A DNA stretch of 64,000 nucleotides from Raillietiella orientalis (taxonomy: Eukaryota). The notes below the pieces were generated by a model. It saw only the letters and a program-made list of their open reading frames with translations, was not told the DNA's origin and ran no database searches. The position numbers and the translations under genes were made by a program. The DNA lies in the NCBI GenBank assembly GCA_036172245.1, contig JAYWIR010000026.1:2418001-2482000 (forward strand), given 5' to 3'. Of the stretch, positions 51,692-64,000 are shown piece after piece; position 1 is the stretch's first letter, and each line of letters opens with the position of its first letter.

Positions 51692-52796
51692 TCGAGGAAC
51701 CGACCCCCTCCTCGACCTTGCCCGCAGGTGAGGCACAAAAAAACGACAAAAAAGAGAGGCTGAAGGGGCGGAGAGAGAAAAGGGGGGGGGAGGGAGAGGG
51801 GAGGGGAACAGGAGAGCATGCAGCAGAAGGGTGCGGGGGGAGCCAGTGATAAGTTTGCAAACCCCGAGCAACAGTATGTCCCTTCCCCTCGTTCCCCTCT
51901 CCCCTCCTCAAAAAAAAAAAAAAAAAAAAAATGAAAAGAAAATGAAATAAAAAAATGCAAAAGAAAAAGAAGAGGTGAACGAAAGAAGGCAAAGAAATCG
52001 CGGGATTTCGGGACACATGGGCCCGGGCAGGGCCTGTTCCTTCGGATGGATTCCAGGAGCCGATTCAGCATTCGTACTGCTTGGACAGGACGAAAGACGC
52101 CAACGGCATGTTCGACCCGGGGCCAACCGGCTGCACAGAATGCCGGGGGGCCACGGCGCCTTCGAGCAAGATGGAACCGCCATGGGACAGATTCGGGCGC
52201 CGCCTCGGTCGGGGGAGGGCACCGGCGAAAGGGAAACCAAACGAAACAAACCTGTTCCTCGCAGGCTATCTCCCCTCGCTCGGCAACGAGCAACGCTGGG
52301 GGAACCGGCTCCATGACAACGGAGCGAGTGAGGCCCAGTGCAGGCTCCGCAGCGAGTAACCCGCGTTGAAAACCTCTCGAGTTTCCCACTTTTCGATCAA
52401 TAGATAGTGCATCCCTGGCTAAAGACCGGTAACGTGGGCCCACCGTTCCCTGGAGGAAGCGGCGTGGCCTCAAATCCCGAGCGAGGAAGGTCCCGGCGGC
52501 CCCTACGGTCCGGCGGTCCCACGAAGCGCTTTCGGTCTGTGGCGAGAGACGCGAGCGTGATGGCATTTTATTGCAAAATATCGGCGCAATAAGCTTTCCA
52601 TTGAGGATCGAGGTTAGCCCTGTCGGCCAATCGCGTCGCGGGAGCGCAGTCACGTGGCTTTGTTTTGTTCATCAGCTGTTCTCCCGCGGCTTTCAGCTGC
52701 GAACGGCAAACAAGTACCGTGCGTGCGAGTTGACGGATGGTGTTCTCTCCGGTGTGGAAAATGCGCATCGCCGCTGAGACCTGACGCGCGAAAGGG

Positions 52797-55700
52797 ATGG
52801 CTGCGAAGAAAATCGGGAAGCGTTCGATCCTGAGCACGAGGGTGGCCGTGCGACTGGAGGACGGCAAGTTCCAATCCGGCGTGATCCAGAGCGTGTCACC
52901 CGTGAAGGCGGAGGGCACGGAAGCGACCCCCGAGAACGCGTACCTCGTCAGGCTGGATGACACCAAGCAGGCGCTCGAGTGCACCGAAGACCAAATCGTG
53001 GGTCAGGGGTTCCGCAGCGTCAGCACCATCAAGCTGGTCAGCGGCCAGAAAGTGTACATCACGCACAACGGGCGCGAGACGACCGCGCACGTCAAGTGTC
53101 ACTGCGACGAGACCGACGAAGTCACCGTCGTCCTGCAGCAGGAGGTGAGTACCCACCGGCAGGGAGCGTTATCCCTTCCCCCCCCTTCCCCCCCCATCTC
53201 GCCTCCTCCATCCCCCTTTCCTTCCGGGGAGAGGGCTGTTCTCGAGGCGGCGCGAGGAATGCAGCCCCGCCTCACCCTCCACACGCTGGGAAGGCCGCAC
53301 GCCCCGGGGGCGAGGACGGCAACAACTTTCAACGTGGGCAGTGGAGATGCCCCACCCCCCGTTCCTTCCGGAACGACGCCAGCCGTATCCCCGCTTCCAC
53401 CTTTTGCCCGGCGCGCGCGACCGCCCCCAGCCGCCTCGGGATGGGGCGGCAGCGGGCTCGCTGCTGCTCCTGGGGATTGGCGTCGTTTCCCCGTTGCCTG
53501 CGATGGGGTGCGGAAGGGCGCGCAGGGAGCAGCAGGGGAGGGGGGGGGGGAGCGCTCGAGAGCGGATGACGCCGCGCGCCGTGGTCGTCCGTTCGTTTCT
53601 CTCGCCCTCCCCCCCTCACGGGAAAGCGATAGTTCATGCGTCGTCCGCCGCGGCAGCAGCGAGCAGCTGCTACTGCTGCTGCTGCTGCTGCTGCTGTTCC
53701 CTGCCTGCCCGGGGGCAGGCGCGCGCAGACTTCATTGGCGTGGCGTCGCCAGCGAACTGGCGGGAGGGGAGGGAGGGGAGGGGGAACGGGGGAGAGAGAA
53801 AGGATCCCATGTACCGCCGCCGCCGCGCGTGACGTCACCTCGAAGAGCCGGCTTCCCCCCGGAGAAGGCTGCGGGGGGAAAAAGTGGATCAATCCCCGGC
53901 CTCCCGACCTACTTTCCGGGAGCGCTCGCGCGGAGCCGCCGTCCCGCCCGAGCGCTTGGGCGGCGGCGGCGGCGGCTGCGGCAGCCTCGAGGGGATGTTG
54001 GGGACGGCAGCAGAGAGCGCGCCTGCGCCGAGAGAAATCCTTCCGAACTGCCTCCCGGCGTCGTGCGTGGAGGGACAGACCCACCCGAAGGAGGACGCGG
54101 CGGCCGGTAGAAGGACGGCGAGCTCCTTGCCCTCCGCTCGCCCACCCACCTTAGGGCGCTTTTTTTTTTTGTTTGCTTTTTGTCTCCCCCTCCTCCCCCG
54201 CTCCACTCCTTTCTCTTCCCGGAAGACGTCGCCCATGTCAGTGCGATGAAGCGCGGGGACTGCGGCAAGACGCGCACGTCTCCCCACGCGACCCCCTCCC
54301 CCCTCCCCTTCGCCCTGCTCGCTCACGCGCCTCCTCTTCCTCCGCCGCCGCTGCTCCACGTGGCCGCTTCCCAAGAGTCATCATCGCCGCCGGTTGCCCA
54401 GGCGCTGCAAGGGGCGGCCGCAGTCGCCGCGGACAACCTTGCGAAGGTGCGTGACGTCAGCGCATCGACCCGCCGCCACGGAGCTCCGAGCTCTCTTCCG
54501 TGACGTCACGCCGAGGAGTGACGACGTCGCCTACGTGCAGCGCGCCTCCGCTCGCCCACCCATCCCCCTTTTTATCCCGTTCCCTCCTACTCCGAAGAGG
54601 AGGGAGGGAGGGAGGAGGCACTCCAAGGAGAGCGCGGAAGGGGAGTGGGATGAGGAAAGGGGCGGCCCACTGAACGAGGGCTCACTGCTTCCAGGGCCAG
54701 CGCCACGCGGCCTCCACGGAGATCACCAAGAGGCCGGAGGACGTGCGGCTGTGGGAGAGCCGCAAGAGCGCGAGGCTGGTCGACTACCAGGACCAGGACT
54801 TCGCCAAGCTGGCTGAGGTCGGCTACCAGGACAAGAGGAGGAGCTCGTCCATAGCCGTGCCCAGCGGAGTCAACTCAGGGTAATCGCCGGCGCGACGCGC
54901 GCGCGCCCTGAGGGCGGCGGCTGACGGGAGCGCCTCCCCTCCTCCTCCCGTTCCAGGTCCCGCAAGCGGCGCACGAGCTGCGGGAGCGAGGTGGACACCA
55001 TGGACGACTGCATGGCGGCGATGGTCCTCATGTCCCTGTCGTGCAGTCCCAAATCCCCGAAATACTCAAAGGAAGGTGAGCGGATCTGCCGGGTCGCGCG
55101 CGCTGCTCCCTCACACCTCTCCTGCCCCACCCCCTTTCTATTTTTTCTCTCTCTCGCTCAGGGCCATGACGCTGCGGTGGGTCCGCCGACTCGAGTCTCG
55201 GGGCCTCGCCGTTTCCGGGACGACGGCCCTCTGCATGCCACTATCCTCACCCCCTTGCCCCCCTCCTGCCACTCTTCTCTGCGCGTCTCGCCAATCGAGG
55301 TGCGGGTCAGGACGCAGGGCAGTTGGGAAGGGGCGCTCCCGGTGACCCTTCCGGGCGTCATGGAGTGTCGCTCGCTACCCACCTCCAGACCGGAGGGAGA
55401 GAGGGAGGGAAAGAGGGATCGCCATCGGGAGCCCCCGGAGCCCCTGGAGAAAGCCCGGCAGGGGATGAGGTGCGGAGGTTACTCCTTCCTCCTCCTGCCT
55501 TTGCCTTCTCCTTCCGTCTCCCGGGAGAAGCCCGGCTCGCAGGGAGACGCGCCGTCATCTCCTCTACGCTGCCCGGTGGTCAATACCGAATAACTCTGTG
55601 GTTGGGGAGGTCTAGATGGTGGTGGTAGTAGTTGGGGGTGACCTCGCTGCAGTGGACGTCCACCGCGTGCGTACGAACATGGCGCAGGGCTGGAGTCCCC

Positions 55701-56078
55701 TTGGCGCGCGCGTCGAAACAACAGCCTCCTCGTCCGGGATAAACCGGGAACAGAAGCAAAAAAAAAAAAAAAAAAAAGAGGAGGAAGAAGGAGGGTGAGG
55801 AGGAGGGAGTCGATTTCGAAGTGCTGTTGCAGCAGCAGCAGCAGCAGAGCGCGCGCGCGCTGCCATCGCGAAGGTCACGTCCGACAAGGTCGCGCAACCT
55901 TCCTCTTCCTCCTCCGCTTTTCCCCTCGTGGCGAACGCGCGGAGCGCGTGCACTCTCAGCATTCCTTTCTTTTCTCACCAGGCCCACCACCCCTCCTACT
56001 CCTCCCCCGTCGGACGAGAGGGCGGGCAACTCCCCCCCCCCTCACTTTCTTCTCCCACAGCCGACCTTTCCTTCCTCT

Positions 56079-56113
<35 letters not shown>

Positions 56114-59100
56114 CCCACGCCAGGACCCGTTCGGCCTTGTGCCGGGACGACCTTTGCGCCTGACCGGGAACAAAGGGGAGCGGAGGAGAAGGGGATGGAG
56201 CAACAGGGAGGGGCTTCCCCGAGGAGGCCAAGAGGGCGGGCAGTGCCCATCGCTCGTCTGCCTCTCTCCGCCGGTTTCTTCCTCTCTTGCAGGTTCGGTG
56301 AACTCCTGGCAGGATTCTGCCGTCCTGTCGACCAGCAGTGGCGGCTCCTCGTGCTCCAGCCGCACCACGAGGAGCGACACGCCGTCCCCCCCGCTCAGCG
56401 AATGCAACTACCCCGATGGCCAAGGTTTCGGCTACCGCTCCTTCCAAGACGACGGAGTCGTGGAGGACGCGCTGGAACTCGCGTACGAAACCATACCGTT
56501 GAAGGTAAGGCCGGCCAAACGCGCGCGCCCTTCCTTCCTACCCCGTGTCCCCCCCCCCTCCTCCCCCCTTTCCGCATCTCCCTGCGCCCTTCCTTTCCTC
56601 CCACCATTTCCTGCTCCCAGGTCTCTTTCTGCTGCTGCTTCTTGAACACGGGTGGACCAGAGGCAGCGCACCGCCGGAGGAGCGAGCGTTCCGTCCTCGA
56701 CCGCTCTCTCCCCCCTACGGCGCCGAGGGAAGGGAAGCAGGAGAGCTCGGGAGGAGTCCTCGAGGACTCGCTCTCGACCGACGTTGTCGCCGAGTACGAA
56801 ATTTTCCGCTTGCGAGGCGCGTCGCTCCTGTGCGGCGGCGACGGCGCACCCCTGCCATCTAGCGGATCAAGTGAAAAAGTTTTCCAGAAAGCGAAAGTAC
56901 CGACGGGAAGGCTCGCACGCACCGCGTGCGTGAGAGAGAGGGCTCGGACGGGAAGGGTGTGCGCGCGACCGACACACGCAGCACCGCGCTGTGCTTGCGA
57001 GAGCATTTCGGAGGGAGGAGGAGGAAGCCACAAAGGCGTGCACGGAACAGCAAGCTGCACGTGCCGAGCTCAGAGGGCGCGCTCGTTCCCGCGCACCGGC
57101 TGCGGTCGGCCACGGCAATTCCGCGTTTCTGCGCCACTCCAAGCGATAAGGATGAGACAGGCGGGCGCGGTGGCGCACCCTCAGTGGGGGGGGGGGGGGG
57201 GGGGAGGGTTCGTGGGAGCAGAGTCGACGTCGAAGAACGGCGCCGAGTGCCCACCGCCGGAAGACGGAAAGACGCTCGAGGAGGCGGAGAGGAGGAGAAG
57301 AACGGAAGCGCCGACGGACCAAACGAAGACGTTTCCGGCGTCCCATCCCGGAAGACGCTTTCCCCATTCCTGAGATCACCTGTTGCTCCCTCCACTGCGA
57401 AAGCAGCAGCCACCGGGCCGAGAAGCATCGAGCAGAGGGCAGGAGGAAGGCAGCCCGGAGAAGCAGCAGAAGCCGCAACATGGAGCGGTTCCCATCGACG
57501 TGAAGGCTCCCCCGCCCCCCTCTTCCCCATTTCCTCAATTTGGTAACCGTTTCTGGGCCTTGACGACGATCCCGAAGCACGCACGCACGCACGCACGCAC
57601 GCACGCCCACGGAGTGGCTCCGCCGCAACCAACGCCGGACGGACGATGGTGTACGGCGCGGCGGCGGGCGCGGAGCTTTCCGTACGGAAAGGTCCGAGCG
57701 GCGTCCATTCCGCAACGCTTCGCATCCGCTCCCCCGCAGCTCCTCCCCCTCTCCCCATAGCATCCCGTTTGAGTTATGATGCCATCTGAAGCAATTACGC
57801 GCCGTGTGAGAGCGCTGCTTTCACTGAGGCAGTAATAAATGCCTGTTCCTATGCCCCCCTCCCCGCCTCCTCCCATCCGCTTTCACTTTTCATTATTATT
57901 ATATTTTTTATTATACAACGAAGAAAACACACACACACACACACACGTTTTTGCAGCCTCCGAATCCTCTGCTTGCGCGCGGGCATCCCGGAACTTTTCC
58001 TGCTCCTCGGAATGCCCCCGCCGAGCGGCCGGCGCGCTCGGCGGGGCTTGGCGCCCGCGGCCCGAGCGGACCCCTGGCTGCCGCTAGGAGAAGGAAGGCC
58101 TGACGAGGAAGTCGGGACCGCCACATCCGGCAGTGGGGACCGGACGGGCACGCGAACCTTCCTCGCGCGCGCCACCTCGCCGCCGCTTGGTTGGCCCCTC
58201 CCGCTTTCAAGGACGGAGGAACACGCGGTTATGGTACGCGGAGCGGCGCCGTCAAGGTACGCCCGTTCACCCCCCCCCCTTCCCTCCCCTTCTCGACGCG
58301 AGCATCGTTACTCGAAGGAAAAGGGGGGGGGGGGCTAGCGGGAGTCTTTGCGCGCGCCCTCCCTCTCTGACCACCCCACGTGCACGCGGGGGCAGCCGCG
58401 GGCGCGGCGGGCCGCAGCAGCGTCTTCACCGCGTGCTGTTGCGCGTTGGCCAAGGCCTGCGTGGGGACTCGTGGGAGGCCGAGCGTTCGACAGCCGGAGG
58501 AACGGGGAGCTCGCGGACGTTCGCTTCCGTTGCCTAGCATCGGTGGCGGACGCACTGCGCCGCCCCGTTCCGTTCTGTCACGCGCTCGTTCCCGATGCGG
58601 CGACGGTCTCCTCACCCGCTGGCGTGCCTAGTGGGGGGAGAGAAGGAAGAGGGAGAAGGGAAGGGGGGGGGGGGAGGGGAGGGGAAATGAAGGGGAGCGC
58701 GCGGTCTATTGGAAGCGCCGCTCTCGTGATGGCTTGTGCAGCTTAACGAGACACCCGGCGCGCGCCAAGTGGGTGTGGCTCGTCCGCCGCCGCGCATACG
58801 CACGCTCGCAACGGTGCCGGCAAAAAAAAAATCGAGAGGAAGGAGGGTAGCAGGCGCGCGCACCTTTCCTCTCCCCGCGGGGTTCCTTCCTTCCTCGCGG
58901 GTCGCTTGCGGTTGCCGCGCGCGCGCCTGCGCCGCCGCGTCGGCTCCCTATTTTTCGTTTTTTTTCTTCTTCTTTTTGCCATCCTCGCGTTGCTGGCGGG
59001 CCGAGCGAACGGCAAAGCGAAAGCGCCGGGCGGGAGAACGCCACGGGGAGGAAGGCCATGGCGACGACGCATCGAGCCCGAGAACCGGCCGAGAGACGCT

Positions 59101-61338
59101 GCCGTATCGCCCGCTCCCGGGCTTCCTCCTCCCCCATGGCAAGAGACGGCACGGCGCTCCCATCTGTCGAGCTGCCGAAGATCTTTTTGCTGACGGGAGG
59201 GGAGCCCCTCCTCCTCGCGGGCGCAGCCAGCCTCAGCTTTGGCGGGCACGCCGCCACTCGCGCCCACTTCCCGTCGCCGGCAGCACGACCAGAAGAAAGC
59301 GCCAGCGAGTGCCGGCCCGGCGACGGGCGGGATGGACTGGTTCCGTGGCTCGCAGGGAGAGGGAGGAAGAATCGGAGGAATGGGGGAGACCACGCGGGCG
59401 GACGGGAACCACGGGCGCGCGCTGCTAAATTAAGCCCGCACTCCTCCTCGTGCGCCTCCTTCCGACCCGGAGAAAGTGAACCGCCGGGCGAAATGGCTGC
59501 CGGGAACGCGTGGCGTACGGAGAGAGGGAGAGATGCGCGCCACATCTGGCACAGAGCGCGGTGGACGGTGGCTGATTGGCAGCTGGATGCGATCCAGAAA
59601 GGGGAGGGAGGTGGGCGCTGCGGCCAGCCAGCTTTTGCGAGCGGCTCGAGGGGGGGTCGCGCCGGGGTTTTCGACAGGCGTGCACGACCGCCTCCACGAG
59701 CAGGGAGGAGGCTACACAGCAACCAGGTGGCACCGCCGTTGCCGGCGGTGGGTGATGGCGACGACGACGGCTGCGGTGCGGCGTGGCCGTTCGGTCACGC
59801 GTGATCGGTGCGGTACACGACAGCGTGGACGGCTGAGGGGGAAGGCGTGGAAGAGGATGAGTGAGCCACCGCCGCCGGACAACGGCAGCAGCTGCGCTTC
59901 CGAGAAGATCGCGAGCGAGAGCGGGGGTCCGCTCCCCCACCTCCGTCGACATCCCCAGGAAGGAAGAGGAGGCGGGGGAAAGGTGAGTGCACGCGTGGAG
60001 GGCAGGGTCACGAGGGAAGGAACGGCGACGGCGTTCCTTCGTACGTCGGGATGAAACCGAAGGGGAGCGGCCACGAGCCGCTGTCGTCGCGACCCCTGCC
60101 GGAGCTTCGCCCGCCGCCTGGACGCGGGTGCTCCTCAGGGTCGTCGCTCTTCCTTTCCCCGTGCGCAGCAGGCTCCAGCGGAGGAGATCCGGGAAACACT
60201 CCTTGCCGGTGCCCTCCCCTCCACCCTCCACTGCCAGCGGGAGACGTTGCTCGCGCGCGCGCCGAGAATCCCTCTGGAAAGGGGAGAGCGGGGAAGGGGA
60301 GTGGGGGGAGAGAGGGATGTCGGACCTCAAGAGAAAGAGAAAGTGGATGCTCCGCGAGCCCTCCGCGTGGTCTCCTCGCTGCTTGCTTCAACAGCGACGC
60401 GGCTATTTCGGGACTTCCTCCCCGCTCCCCTCCCCGCGCCTCGTTGCCCCGGGCAACCTTCGAGTTTTTATCTCTCCGCCGCTCCTGCGGCTGCTCTCTG
60501 ATGAGGGGGCGGCGTGCCGGCGGGAAGAGGAGGCCGAGCCCGGAGCGCGGTCGACGGCGGTGAGAGGTGCGCGCGGAACGCCCGGCGGCGACGCCGCGGC
60601 CGCCACCGTGGATCCGCCACCGGCGCCGATCTCTTCCTCTCTCTCTCTCTCCCCCCCCTCCCATCCCACGAGGGAGAAGGGGGTGGGGAGGTGCGGGTAC
60701 CTCGCCGTCACGGAAGACGCGGGATGGGAGGAGGCGCGAGCGAAGCCGGTCTTCCTCTTCCGGGTCGCAGCGGATAGCCAGCTGCGCCCTCGCACGCGCA
60801 CGCGCCGGAGAGCAAGCGAGCGGGCCAGAGCGCCGCCGCCAGCCCCGGTCTCGATTTATCGGGACGCGGAGCGCGGGCGGGCGGCGCGCTTTCGCCGGTC
60901 GCAACTACGCAAAACGACCTTAACTGTGCACGCAGTTGGGAAAGTAGGACAAGGTGAAACGCGCGCGCGCGCGCGCTGGGGTGGAGGAGGGGCGGGGGGG
61001 AGTCTCGGCGCGCGGGAGAGAGAGGGAGGGAGCGGGGAGGAGGCGGGGAGAGCTGCCGCCTCATCGATTTTCCGTTTTCCTCCTTGCCCGCGCTTCCGCT
61101 CTTCCGCCCTTCTTCCCCGCATCCGCTTCTCCTCCCTTCCCCTTCCCCCCCCCCCCTTCCTCCTCCCGGAAAAGGAGGTGGAGGTGGCGAGGCGAATAAA
61201 ATATAGGAGTGTGGGGGGGGGGGGGGCAGAGGGGAAGAAAAGAAAAGAGCAAGACGACGCGCGATCCGTTTCTAAAGTAACTCTTCCTTTCGTTTTCTCT
61301 CCTCCTCCTCCTCCTCCTGCCACCTCTTTCGCCGCCGC

Positions 61339-61370
<32 letters not shown>

Positions 61371-62204
61371 GTGGTGGTGGTGGTGGTCGTCGTTTCCCGG
61401 ATGCGTCCAGCAGCACATCACCGGCGTCATCTACCAGTGCACGTGGCCCGGCTGCGGCGTGGTGACCACGTCGTGCACTTCCATCGAGAAGCACGTGCGG
61501 ACGAAGCACCTGGGGTTCGTAGAGAGGCGGCGGACCCGCCCCTCCTCCTCCCCATCCCTCTCGCGGCACCCCTTTCTCCTATCCCCTCTCCAGGCGCGAC
61601 GTCCAGGACGCCTCCAAGCTGAAGGACCACGAGGAGGAGTTCTACTACACCGAGGTGGAGATCAACGTGGATACGTTCGGCGATTACTACGCAGGTGCGT
61701 GGGTGGCGCACGGGCGTCCCACCCCACCCGTCCCCCTCTCCCGCCGCCGCAGAGTCGTCTCCGCCCACGCTCTCCCACATGGACATGGCTAGGCCCCCGC
61801 ACGAGGACCCCAGCTACCGGGCGCAGCTGCACCAGTTCGCCGCCTCGCTGCTCAGGAAGGGCAAGGGGGCCGCCTCCTACGCGGCGCTCCAGGTGCGTTT
61901 GCGGCCCGCCGCTCGCGCAGTCGGGGAACGAAATGGGGGGGGGGGGGGGAGCGCCGTCGCGCACGCGCCGCTCGCTCTCTCCCTCTGCTGTCTCTCTCAC
62001 CGCCAGGATGGTAAGGAGCACGCCGTGCCCAGGGCGAGGCATCCGGCGAAGGTCGCCGGCGGCGGCACCGGCAGGAGGCCGCGGAGCGACGTCAAGAAGT
62101 GCCGCAAGGTCTACGGCATTGAAAACAGGGACATGTGGTGCACGCAGTGCAAGTGGAAGAAGGCGTGCAGCCGTTTCCTGGACGACGCCGCCACGAGGGA
62201 TTGA
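52797..62204 (+). CDS. ZNF395/ZNF704/SLC2A4RG (Glut4EF)-family transcription factor with DUF4772-like N-terminus, one C2H2 finger and C-clamp
   Basis: Exons 52797-53144, 54695-54879, 54957-55075, 56293-56504, 61411-61514, 61594-61694, 61753-61892, 62007-62204 join in frame by GT-AG introns. Motifs: [86 protein letters not shown]-clamp [28 protein letters not shown]. Confidence 0.95.
53673..53696 (+). repeat. (CTG)8 tract in intron 1 of the zinc-finger gene
   Basis: Seen directly. Confidence 0.9.
56087..56114. repeat. (CT)n microsatellite
   Basis: Seen directly, following a poly-C run. Confidence 0.85.
57578..57605. repeat. (GCAC)n tetranucleotide repeat
   Basis: gcacgcacgcac... seen directly. 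Confidence 0.85.
61331..61387 (+). repeat. Compound triplet repeat (GCC)n(GCT)n(GGT)n upstream of the zinc-finger exon
   Basis: Seen directly. Confidence 0.9.
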
Positions 62205-64000
62205 AGGAGGAGGCGGCGGCGGCGACGACGACGAGGAGGGGTCGGCGGTGGCAGGCCGAGTAGCAGCGACTGCCCCCGCCCTCCCCCCTTTCTCGTTCGA
62301 CCTCTCCGTTGCTCCTCCTCCTCCTCTTCCTCCTTCCCCAACCACCCCTTCAATCAACCTGGTGATGACGGCGCCCCGCCACTCCTCCTCTGGAGCAGGC
62401 CGGAGGCGTCGTCAGCCCCCTCCGCATCCTGGTGACCTTGGGACGACTCCCCCGTTCCGCTTCCTTCCTGCTTTCGTCCCTCCCCCTCCGCCTTTCCTCT
62501 GTCGCTTTCCCTTTCCCTCGCGCTCTCCTCCTCTTCCTGGTAACCTCCCGTGCTGAAACGTAACGGCGCCGGCGTCCGTCCGGCGCCCGCCCTGCTGTGA
62601 TAACCATGGAAACGCGCCCAGTAAAAGGGAGGAGGAGGGAGAGAAAAGCAGGGAAGAAAGAAAGAAAAAGAGGAGGGAAGAACTGCCCACGCTCGCGCGC
62701 CCACGAGCCCTGGAGAACTCTGGAGAAAGCTCGCGGGTGCTGTGGGCCGCGAAGCGGCGTGGGGAGTCTCCTCCTCCCCACGCCCGGAGGACGAAGACGA
62801 GCACGACCCTCTCCCCCTTCCCCTAATCTCCACGATGACAACTGCCAGCCGTGAGGCCGCGGATGCGCCCCACACACCCCTCCCCCCCCCTTCTTTATCA
62901 TTATTATTATTATTATTATTCTTTTCCTTTCCGCGGCCCCATCAGGGATACACGTGTGATAACGGACTGGAGCGGAGCGGCGGCGCGCGCACAGGAGGAA
63001 AGCAGGAAGATCCTTGCGAACCGTAGGCGCCGCCCTCCTCCCACCTCCACTCCCCTTTCCCGGATACGGAAGGAAAGGGAACAGAACGAAACTCTGGGAG
63101 CCCCGACTCCCGTGTGGTGTTCCTGCGCGTCCCTGCCGGGAGGAAGGACTACTACACTCCCCTCCCCACCGAAGGGACAGCGTCACACCCCTCCCCAGCG
63201 CTCCCCCTTCCCCTGCCGCATCTTCCGTGCTTGAGAAAAGAGCGGATGCAAACGAAAGAAAGAAAGAAAGGACAGAAAGAGAGAAAAAGGAGGAAGGGTG
63301 GATGGGTGAGGGCAGATTAGTGGGGGAAGGAGGGCAGGGGGGGGGGGGGGGAAGCGCGCGCCCGCGCTGCTCCGTCGCGCAGCTTCACGGAGGCGCACGA
63401 CTTGCAACCCCCCATAGGGTCATCTCCTGGATGCTGATGAAGAGGAGGCGACGCGGTGCTAGAAGCCGCGATGCTCCGGGGCGCGGAGCGAGCGGGCAGG
63501 CCCGAGGCGTTCCGAGTCTCCCCCGTCCCCCAGGCGTCCCCTCGTGAACTCCTTTCAGACGAGAACGGCGGAGGCGCAGCCGGCGGACGGTCGTTCCTCC
63601 GGTTGACCGACTGACCTGCGCGCGCAGAGTGGTCAGAGCGGCCGGCCACCCCCCCTTCCTAGTCGGAGACGGCGGGCCCCTCCGCTCACCGCCGCCATCC
63701 CGCCGGCATCCGGGACGACGACGGCGCCCGACAGGAAGAAGGGGGAGGAGGGAGAGGCTCGTTCGCCGGGAGCACGAGCGCGCCGCCAGCGTCCACGAGA
63801 CCGGCTCCGAGGAACGCGGGCTCTCTGCCGCCGGAGGTCTCCGCGACGAGCAGCATCGGCCGCGTCCCTCTCCGGGCGGCGGGCCGCGCTCTCTCGATGT
63901 GCCCGTCGTCGCCGGATCGAGAGGGGTGAGGGGGGGTGCGCGCGCCTGTCGCGGGCGGGCGACGAGTCTCGCAGAGGGCGAGGAAAGGTTCGGGGAGGGG

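Noticed and set aside
52797..62600. GCCGGCG motifs as autoregulatory C-clamp/HDBP sites, and CACGTG E-boxes
   Set aside because: Counts look no higher than expected by chance at this GC content.
49000..64000. Many long overlapping ORFs (up to ~490 aa) in all six frames
   Set aside because: Expected from stop-codon scarcity in very GC-rich DNA; low-complexity R/G/P/A translations with no recognisable domains apart from the zinc-finger gene exons.
1..64000. tRNA, rRNA, snRNA, CRISPR arrays, telomeric repeats, alternative genetic code
   Set aside because: None recognised by eye; conserved genes translate cleanly with the standard code and end in TAA or TGA. A covariance-model search would be needed to exclude ncRNAs.

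Overview
Eukaryotic (animal, probably invertebrate) genomic DNA with two very different halves. Bases ~1-46,000 are AT-rich and CpG-poor and hold tightly packed housekeeping genes whose introns are mostly 39-55 nt: ARGLU1 (5' part), COPS6, a CEP85-family coiled-coil gene, GPKOW, a SENP1/2-type SUMO protease, PRPF18, CUL4 and XPOT. Heavily decayed BEL/Pao, hAT and LINE remnants lie between them. From ~46,500 the sequence ramps up to a very GC- and CpG-rich domain containing one ZNF395/ZNF704/GLUT4EF-family C-clamp zinc-finger gene. The most unusual signal is two minor-spliceosome (U12-type) introns, in CUL4 and the CEP85-like gene. Both have a perfect ATATCCTTT donor and a U12-like branch point, but neither has a usable AC acceptor, so they appear to be AT-AT/AT-AA/AT-AG introns, and one is only 46-55 nt long. 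Also notable: a palindromic poly(A) signal shared by two convergent genes, a possible GPKOW-CEP85 dicistronic unit, and CRE/MEF2 site clusters at the zinc-finger gene. Gene models were spliced by hand and family calls rest on recalled motifs, not database searches. Transposon calls are tentative.
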